64,000 nt of DNA from assembly GCA_001001345.1 (NCBI GenBank), contig LCKI01000001.1, forward strand, positions 339 through 64,338. The letters are read 5' to 3'. Of the stretch, positions 57,926 to 64,000 are shown piece by piece. Position 1 is the first letter of the stretch, and each line of letters starts with the position of its first letter. Both the position numbers and the translations under genes were made by a program. Origin of the DNA: Parcubacteria group bacterium GW2011_GWC1_45_14. GTDB lineage: Bacteria; Patescibacteriota; Minisyncoccia; Moranbacterales; GWC2-37-73. The notes under the pieces were generated by a model. That model was not told where the DNA came from and did not search any database. It saw only the letters and a list, made by a program, of their open reading frames with translations.

Positions 57926-57998
57926 TAAAATAAGAGAAATATACAAATTTTACCAGTGTATTAAAATTGTAGGTTTAAATCGCATTTTAATCCCATCT

Positions 57999-58298
57999 AT
58001 GTTTGGAATAATAAGAACATTGGTAAATATAGTTTTCGGAGTGATTGAATTTCTGTTATTGCTCCGTTTCGTGTTCAAGTTTTTCGTTGCGAACCCTGGT
58101 ACCCCTTTCGTGTCTTGGATTTATGGTGCGACGGCCTCACTGGTAAGACCATTCGCAGGAATCCTTCCGGACTTTAAACTGGGAGGATTCGTGGTCGATT
58201 TTGCGACATTGGCAGCGCTGATCGTTTACGCCTTCATAGGTTATCTGATTTTACAATTATTTTCCCATATTGGCCCCGGATATTATCGGGATCCGTGA
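57999..58298 (+). CDS. YggT-family membrane protein
   Basis: two TM helices with FLLLLRFVFKFF and C-terminal Pro-rich pattern. Confidence 0.55.
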   Translation: MFGIIRTLVNIVFGVIEFLLLLRFVFKFFVANPGTPFVSWIYGATASLVRPFAGILPDFKLGGFVVDFATLAALIVYAFIGYLILQLFSHIGPGYYRDP

Positions 58299-58343
58299 AT
58301 ATAGCCTAGATTTTTTTAAGGTAATTTCTTTAATAACAAACAT

Positions 58344-58493
58344 ATGTTGTGGACAATAGCCGTAATCTTATTCGTGCTCTGGCTCTTGGGATTTATAACG
58401 GCAAGCTCTTTCGGTGGATGGATCCATGTGCTGCTGGTCATAGCGCTCGTGGTAATCGTGATACAACTTCTTCAGGGCAGGAAAATTTTGTAG
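58344..58493 (+). CDS. lmo0937-family small membrane protein (49 aa, MLWTIAVILFVLWLLGFITASSFGGWIHVLLVIALVVIVIQLLQGRKIL)
   Basis: MLWTI..ILxVLWLLG...IHILLVIA signature, terminator downstream (58521-58552). Confidence 0.55.
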   Translation: MLWTIAVILFVLWLLGFITASSFGGWIHVLLVIALVVIVIQLLQGRKIL

Positions 58494-58739
58494 CATCATC
58501 CTTGCTGATGATAACAAGAAAACACCTCTTTCGGGGTGTTTTTTTGCTTGCCCATAAATGGAAACCTGAATCGAAGGAAATAGTTTTGCCATTGTAATAT
58601 AAATATTAATCATTTCGGCAAAAATATGCCGCATAAAAATATAGAGGAATGTAAAAAAGACGCGAAATCCGGCAAATGGAAAAAAAGGGAATGAAGTGCC
58701 CGCGCTTTTTTATTTTTCTAACAATTAAATTTCAAACAT

Positions 58740-59069
58740 ATGGAATTTCTAATAGCATGGCTAGTATCCGCGGTCGTCATATTGTTGCTATCCTATCTCT
58801 TGCCCGGAATTACCGTCGCAAGCTTCGTCAGCGCTTTGCTGGTGGCTTTGGTATGGGGGCTGCTCAATGCCTTCATCAAACCAGTCCTTCTGTTTTTGAC
58901 ATTGCCGATCAATATACTGACGCTCGGACTCTTCACTTTCGTCATCAACGCTCTTCTGGTGATGCTGGTCGCCGCCATCGTTCCCGGTTTCAAGGTGGAG
59001 AATTTCTGGTGGGCCCTTCTCTTCAGTATCCTGCTGTCGCTCGTCATATCTTTGGTCTCTAGTTATTGA
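58740..59069 (+). CDS. Phage holin family 4 / DUF360 membrane protein
   Basis: four TM helices, LPGITVASFVSALLVALVWGLLNAFIKP. Confidence 0.6.
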   Translation: MEFLIAWLVSAVVILLLSYLLPGITVASFVSALLVALVWGLLNAFIKPVLLFLTLPINILTLGLFTFVINALLVMLVAAIVPGFKVENFWWALLFSILLSLVISLVSSY

Positions 59070-59282
59070 ACAGGGGATGTCTTTGATTGGCGCACCATCT
59101 GACGGTGCGCCTTTCGTTTTTGCGTTGTATAACTGCCTTATAGGATTAATCTTCAAGCAATAGGAATGAAAAAACAAAAATAGGAAGTATGAAAGAAAAA
59201 TCCAGGCAAGGAAATTATTTTCGGCAACAAAAAACACACCCTTCCGCCGGTTGGCGGAGGGTGTGTTTTTTAAAATCGGGAT

Positions 59283-60533
59283 TTATCCGATGAAGGTCAG
59301 GGCGACTCCGGTCTTTCCGGCGCGTCCGGTCCTGCCGATACGGTGGATGTAATCTTCGAAGGTCGCAGGGACATCGAAGTTGATCACATGTGAGACGTTC
59401 GGGATATCGAGTCCTCTTGAGGCGACGTCGGTCGCGACCAAAATCTGGACGATATTTTCCTTGAAAAGTTTCAAGGCTTTCTGTCTTTTAGCGTGGGACT
59501 TGTCTCCGTGGATGGATTCAGCTTTGAATCCTTTGTGATGCAAGGCCTTGGAAAGCTTTTCCGCTCCGTGTTTGGTCCTGGAAAACACCAGGACTTTTTG
59601 AAAGTGGGTCTGCGCCAAAAGGTTATGCAGCACCTCGATCTTGTCCTCTCCGCGGGCGATGCGGATAACGTCCTGGTCGACTTGTGCGGAAGTATCCCTC
59701 TTTCTGATGGAAATCTTTTCGGGATTGTTCAAGAACTCGCCGGTAAGCCTTTCGATTTCAGGCGCAAGCGTGGCTGAGAAAAGTAAAGTCTGTCTTTTCG
59801 GGGAAACCAGTGAGAGCAGATAACGGACATCCGGAATGAATCCCATGTCGAGCATCTGGTCCGCTTCATCCAAAACGACGTTGGCGAATCGGTCAAGCAT
59901 CAATCTTTTCCTTTGAATGAGATCTTTCAGTCTTCCTGGAGTTCCGATCACGACGTTGTGCCTTGAGCGGAGCTTGTCGATCTGCGGTCGGATGTTAGCT
60001 CCACCGACGACGACTACCGAGTTGATGTGAAGTCCCCTGGAGAACGCCACGAACTCCTCCTGGATCTGGATGGCCAGTTCCCTGGTAGGGACAACGACCA
60101 GGAGTTTCTCATGCGGGTTACTTAGCATCTTATTGATCATAGGCACCAAAAACGCTCCGGTCTTTCCGGTTCCCGTGTTGGCCAAGCCGATCACGTCCCT
60201 TCCCTCCATGATAAGTGGAATGGTTTTTTCCTGGATCTCCGTCGGGGTTTCGAACCCTCTCTGGGCGATTATCGTTTTGAGGCGCTGGTCAATCGGGAAA
60301 TCAGGGAAAAGAGTCTTGGCGATATATTTGTCCTCGGCGACCGGTCCGGCCGACTTGTTGATGAATTTGTTGATGTCGATCGCTTTACCTGCGAATCTGC
60401 CGCCTCTTCCGCCTCCTCTGTTGAAGCTGTTACCTTTTCCTCCCTGGTAACCTGCTCCCGGACCTCTTCTTTTGGCGCCTCTTGGCCCTGTGCTTGATCT
60501 GGGCCCGTTCGGTTTAAAGTTTCTGCTCTGCAT
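59283..60533 (-). CDS. DEAD-box ATP-dependent RNA helicase with Gly/Arg-rich N-terminal extension
   Basis: Q-motif, GTGKTGAF, DEAD, SAT, HRIGRTGRAG; alternative TTG start at 60569. Confidence 0.85.
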   Translation of the reverse strand: MQSRNFKPNGPRSSTGPRGAKRRGPGAGYQGGKGNSFNRGGGRGGRFAGKAIDINKFINKSAGPVAEDKYIAKTLFPDFPIDQRLKTIIAQRGFETPTEIQEKTIPLIMEGRDVIGLANTGTGKTGAFLVPMINKMLSNPHEKLLVVVPTRELAIQIQEEFVAFSRGLHINSVVVVGGANIRPQIDKLRSRHNVVIGTPGRLKDLIQRKRLMLDRFANVVLDEADQMLDMGFIPDVRYLLSLVSPKRQTLLFSATLAPEIERLTGEFLNNPEKISIRKRDTSAQVDQDVIRIARGEDKIEVLHNLLAQTHFQKVLVFSRTKHGAEKLSKALHHKGFKAESIHGDKSHAKRQKALKLFKENIVQILVATDVASRGLDIPNVSHVINFDVPATFEDYIHRIGRTGRAGKTGVALTFIG

Positions 60534-60781
60534 TGTGTTTTTGGCCTGAAAAGTCAGGGCACATAACAAGTAAGGGGACCGATAACGGTTCCTTGTTTAT
60601 ATTTGCCAGGCTCTAGGCCGATGATTGTTGTTGTAGCTCCCCGCCTCTTCGGCGGGGCTCAAAAAGTAATCCCGCTTTCGCTTGGATAAGTCCTCTCGCT
60701 GCTAAACAATGAAAATTAAAATCTATGTTTAGATACACGAGATAGTTCAAGGTATTAACATAGATGCTTATAGTAGCACGC

Positions 60782-60810
60782 TTGACTTTTCTTGTCAATG
60801 GGAGTATAAT
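60782..60810 (+). promoter_or_regulatory. Sigma70-like promoter TTGACT-17-TATAAT followed by ~220-nt structured leader
   Basis: -35 60782-60787, -10 60805-60810. Confidence 0.5.
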
Positions 60811-61038
60811 ATACAAAGAGGATGAAGAGGGGATTGGCAGTCCTTTTGCGCCTAGGATAAGGCATAATCTTCGGAAAATTCAAGAGCGGCCTCGATGGAA
60901 AAATCGGGGAAAGCGGGTGGAACCGCGGGCATGAAAGCTCGTCCCGGATATATCAAGAGTAATTTTGATGTGTCGGGGATGGGCTTTTTTTATTTGCTTA
61001 TCTCCCTACAAAAATACAAATCGATTACAAATTTACAA

Positions 61039-61434
61039 ATGTGCGAAGATAAAAATATAGATAAAGTTATATACAAGGAATTGAGCTATGAGGTGATGGG
61101 GGCGGTGTTCGAGGTATACAACGAGCTAGGCTATGGTTTCAAGGAGAGATTCTATGAAGACGCTATCGCAAAAGAATTTGACAGGAAGAATATAAACCAC
61201 AAGAGGCAGGTTCCCTATAAATTAAAATATAAGGATGAGGTGATAGGGCTATACAGATTTGATTTTTTGGTGGAAGACAAGATTATAATAGAATTGAAAA
61301 GAGGCGATTTTTACTCTAAGCAGAATTATACGCAAGCCCTCCAATACTTGAAAGCTACTGGATTGAAATTGGCGATTTTAGTGAATATAACCCAACAAGG
61401 AGTTAAATATAAAAGGATACTGAATATAAAATAG
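61039..61434 (+). CDS. GxxExxY family protein (PD-(D/E)xK-like)
   Basis: VMGAVFEVYNELGYGFKERFYEDAIAKEFDRKNI ... DFLVEDKIIIELK ... YLKATGLKLAILVN. Confidence 0.65.
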   Translation: MCEDKNIDKVIYKELSYEVMGAVFEVYNELGYGFKERFYEDAIAKEFDRKNINHKRQVPYKLKYKDEVIGLYRFDFLVEDKIIIELKRGDFYSKQNYTQALQYLKATGLKLAILVNITQQGVKYKRILNIK

Positions 61435-61491
61435 ATATTTTGTATATTTGTAAATTTGTAATTAATTCGTAATTCGTTAACATTAAAAAAT

Positions 61492-62907
61492 ATGGCGGAG
61501 AAAAAGGAAAACATGATGGAAAAAATCGTTTCGCTTTGCAAAAGGAGGGGTTTTGCGTTCCCTTCATCCGAAATCTACGGAGGGTTCGCGGCTATCTATG
61601 ATTACGGGCATTACGGAACGCTTCTCAAAAACAATATCCGCGACGCCTGGTGGAGGCATATGGTGCAATACAGGGATGACGTCGTCGGTTTGGACAGCGC
61701 GATCTTCATGCATCCCACGACCTGGAAAGCTTCCGGGCACATAGACAGCTTCGATGATCCGCAGATCGATTGCAAGAAATGCAAAGCCAGGATGAGGGCG
61801 GACCATGTCTTGGAGCTTTTCGGCATCAGCGCCGACAAGGCCCCCTTGGATTTCATCAATGTCGAATTGGGGAAATTGCGCGAACTTGGAAAATTGAAAT
61901 GCCAGACTTGCGGTTCGGATGAATTGACTGAGGCGAAAAGATTTTCCTTGATGGTCAAATCGAATCTGGGATCCCCGACGGATGCCCTCAGTGAGGAGAA
62001 TGTGGTGTATTTGCGTCCGGAAACTTGCGGAGGGATATACTTGGAATACAAAAACACTTTGGATTCGACCCGCGTGAAACTCCCTTTCGGAATAGCCCAA
62101 GTGGGAAAAGCGTTCAGGAATGAAATCGTGGCGAGGCAGTTCGTTTTCAGGACGAGGGAATTCGAGCAGATGGAGATGCAATACTTCCTGCACCCGAAGG
62201 ATATGAAGGAGAAATATGATATGTGGAAGCAGGTCAGATGGGATTGGTACAAGGAATATGGCATGGGCGAGGATGATGTCAGGTGGTACGAGCATGAGAA
62301 ATTGGCGCACTACGCTTCGGAAGCCTATGACGTCGAATATAATTTCAAATCCTTGGGAGGCTTCAAGGAAGTGGAAGGAATCCATGCTAGGGGCGATTGG
62401 GATCTTTCCCAGCACAGCAAGTTCTCCGGAACCGACCTGAGTTATTTCGATGAAAAGACTGGAGAGAAATTCATTCCCCATATTATGGAGACATCAGTGG
62501 GTCTCAACCGTCTGTTTTTGATGTTTATCGACAAGGCTTACACTGAAGAGGAAATCAGCGGTGAGATAAGGACCGTCCTTAAGTTCGACAAGAGGTTGGC
62601 TCCGATTAAGGTCGCCATCTTCCCTTTGATGAAAAACAGGCCCGAACTGGTCGGAAAAGCCAGGGAAATCTATGACAATCTCAAACTCAGTTTCATGTGC
62701 GAATTCGACGACAACGGAAATGTCGGAAAAAGATACCGCCGACAGGACGAGATCGGAACCCCGTATTGCGTAACCGTGGATTTCGATTCTCTGGAAAAAG
62801 GCGACGTGACGGTGCGCGACCGCGACACGATGGAGCAGGAAAGGGTGAAAATAGAAGAATTGGAAAATTATTTCACGGAGAAGTTTAATGTTCACCCTGT
62901 TAAATAA
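61492..62907 (+). CDS. glyQS: Glycyl-tRNA synthetase, alpha2 dimeric type
   Basis: KRRGFAFPSSEIYGGFAAIYDYGHYGTLLKNNIRDAWW N-terminus; last 5 codons and stop supplied by repeat copy F. Confidence 0.85.
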   Translation: MAEKKENMMEKIVSLCKRRGFAFPSSEIYGGFAAIYDYGHYGTLLKNNIRDAWWRHMVQYRDDVVGLDSAIFMHPTTWKASGHIDSFDDPQIDCKKCKARMRADHVLELFGISADKAPLDFINVELGKLRELGKLKCQTCGSDELTEAKRFSLMVKSNLGSPTDALSEENVVYLRPETCGGIYLEYKNTLDSTRVKLPFGIAQVGKAFRNEIVARQFVFRTREFEQMEMQYFLHPKDMKEKYDMWKQVRWDWYKEYGMGEDDVRWYEHEKLAHYASEAYDVEYNFKSLGGFKEVEGIHARGDWDLSQHSKFSGTDLSYFDEKTGEKFIPHIMETSVGLNRLFLMFIDKAYTEEEISGEIRTVLKFDKRLAPIKVAIFPLMKNRPELVGKAREIYDNLKLSFMCEFDDNGNVGKRYRRQDEIGTPYCVTVDFDSLEKGDVTVRDRDTMEQERVKIEELENYFTEKFNVHPVK

Positions 62908-62956
62908 TTTTGCTTAGGCAAAATTCCTGCGCTGCAGGATTCAACGGGGCAAGAAT
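62888..62956. repeat. Palindromic nested-hairpin element copy F overlapping glyQS stop
   Basis: ttcaccctgttaaataat ... attcaacggggcaagaatc. Confidence 0.6.
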
Positions 62957-62974
62957 CAAAACGATAAAACAAAA

Positions 62975-63004
62975 AGCAGGATCCGACAAGGGTCCTGTTT
63001 TTTT
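62975..63004 (+). terminator. Rho-independent terminator after glyQS
   Basis: gcaggatcc-gacaa-gggtcctg ttttttt. Confidence 0.55.
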
Positions 63005-63056
63005 GTCGGAAATCGTGGTATAATAAATCAAATCAAAGACTTGAAACAAAAATAAA

Positions 63057-64000
63057 ATGAACACTTTCGGTTACGTGGCGCTTTTCAATGCTCTTGTCCT
63101 TTTCGGACTGGGATTGATTGTATTTTTCGGAGCGAAAAAAAATAGGATACATAGGATTTTGGCGACAATCATGTTTCTTATCGCCCTTTGGAGTCTGGGA
63201 TTTTTCTTCTGGCAATTTTCTTCATCCGAAGCGGAAGCGATCGTTTGGATAAATCAGATGATGTTTTGGCCAATGTTCGTGCCGATTCTGTTTTTCCGTT
63301 TCATTCTTGAGTTTCTGGGGATTTTTGAAAAACATAAAATTTCTTGGATAATTGCCATATCAATCGCTACTATCTTGGGAATGGGTATAATCGGGGGGTA
63401 TCTGACAGAGGGAGCGGCTGGAAATAATTCTTTTATCGATTATGCTCCACTTGCCGGTGTTCTGTTTGTGCCCTATATCGCTTTCTTTGCCGTTTACTTG
63501 GCTTACGGGAGCGCCTTCTTGGTCATTAATCATAAAAGTGCCACGCCCATAAGGCGCCAGCAGATAAAGTATATTCTCTGGGGATCGTTGGGGGCATATG
63601 CTATGACCACGACGAACTATTTCATGTGGTTCGGCTTGGATATTCCGCCATTTGGAAATTTTGCGTTGGCAGCATCCCTGCTCTTGGTGGTGTATGCGAT
63701 CATTACCAAGCACCTTTTCGACATCAGGATAGTTTTTCGCAAATCGACAGTTTTTGTCGCCGCCCTCTTTTTCCTGGTGATATTCCTTCTTGTTGCTAAA
63801 TATCTGTCCATGACACATTTGCCTTCTTTCGGGATTTTGGCCGATGTTACGGTGTTATTGGTGGCGGTACTTGTTTTTCCAAGGCTAAAAAAACTGTTCT
63901 ATAAGTTTTCCAATAAATATTTCTCGACCTCCTTTTATGACAAGGCTAAATTAATTGGGGAGCTTACCGTTAAACTCAGTTCGACTTTGGACACCAGGAT
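63057..64000 (+). CDS. Polytopic membrane protein, 5' partial (runs off window); N-terminal multi-TM domain reminiscent of sensor kinase membrane modules
   Basis: uninterrupted + frame from ATG 63057 to window end, many hydrophobic helices; not in ORF track because no stop in window. Confidence 0.45.
   Translation, partial: MNTFGYVALFNALVLFGLGLIVFFGAKKNRIHRILATIMFLIALWSLGFFFWQFSSSEAEAIVWINQMMFWPMFVPILFFRFILEFLGIFEKHKISWIIAISIATILGMGIIGGYLTEGAAGNNSFIDYAPLAGVLFVPYIAFFAVYLAYGSAFLVINHKSATPIRRQQIKYILWGSLGAYAMTTTNYFMWFGLDIPPFGNFALAASLLLVVYAIITKHLFDIRIVFRKSTVFVAALFFLVIFLLVAKYLSMTHLPSFGILADVTVLLVAVLVFPRLKKLFYKFSNKYFSTSFYDKAKLIGELTVKLSSTLDTR

Noticed and set aside
58349-58597. 82-aa ORF MDNSRNLIRALALG...
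   Set aside because: A different frame encodes a textbook lmo0937-family 49-aa membrane protein (58344-58493) followed by a terminator, whereas the 82-aa frame reads through that terminator.
60895-61038. Upstream start of GxxExxY ORF (MEKSGKAGG...)
   Set aside because: The GxxExxY domain begins near KVIYKELSYEV. The upstream 48 codons lack RBS and overlap GC-rich stem-forming leader sequence, so I chose ATG 61039.
1-64000. CRISPR array / cas genes
   Set aside because: No regularly spaced 25-40-nt direct repeats and no Cas-like ORFs were seen. The only tandem repeats are 7-bp heptamers and the dispersed palindromic family.
1-64000. Alternative genetic code (UGA recoding) suggested by unusual RF1 motif
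   Set aside because: rnhB ends at TGA (9406-9408) in a well-conserved C-terminal context, and other genes end with TAA or TAG without extension, so the standard table is used.

Overview
This window is a gene-dense bacterial chromosome segment. Most genes lack a strong Shine-Dalgarno sequence and the intergenic regions are AT-rich. TGA is used as a stop codon (for example at the end of rnhB), so the standard code 11 applies. The gene content suggests a reduced genome, possibly Patescibacteria/CPR-like, but that is inference. Specifically: ThrRS lacks the N-terminal TGS domain, ribosomal proteins carry K-rich extensions, there are many glycosyltransferases, and no fatty-acid genes follow rpmF.

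Recognisable housekeeping genes: miaB, tlyA, thrS, dnaE (all on the minus strand), rnhB, rpmF, nusB, rnc, an amidohydrolase, murD, murA, an HD phosphohydrolase, mreB, two GT1 glycosyltransferases, holB, an ftsQ-like gene, two GT-C glycosyltransferases (minus), rmuC, a GT2 with the QxxRW motif, an MraY/WecA-family transferase, prmC and prfA (minus), rpmE (minus), rpsB, tsf, a PSP1/RicT-like gene, rpmG, a NAD(P)H-disulfide oxidoreductase, yggT, a DEAD-box helicase (minus) and glyQS.

Features worth a second look:
1. A roughly 70-nt nested-hairpin palindromic repeat family present in 8 copies, including an in-frame insertion in tlyA.
2. A disturbed tRNA cluster: tRNA-Thr(UGU), tRNA-Tyr and a tRNA-Thr(GGU) split by a roughly 196-nt group I intron. 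It also holds two GIY-YIG ORFs, a pseudo tRNA-Trp half, an intact tRNA-Trp and att-like direct repeats.
3. Directly downstream, a radical SAM/SPASM maturase followed by a 39-aa Cys-containing peptide and a methyltransferase, which looks like a RiPP-like cluster.
4. An operon encoding a 1200-aa charged protein, two small acidic proteins and a membrane-anchored VirD4/TraG-like ATPase that has no other T4SS parts nearby.
5. A 45-aa Lys/Ala-rich histone-H1-like protein.
6. Several promoters and terminators.

No CRISPR array, rRNA, integrase or transposase was seen.
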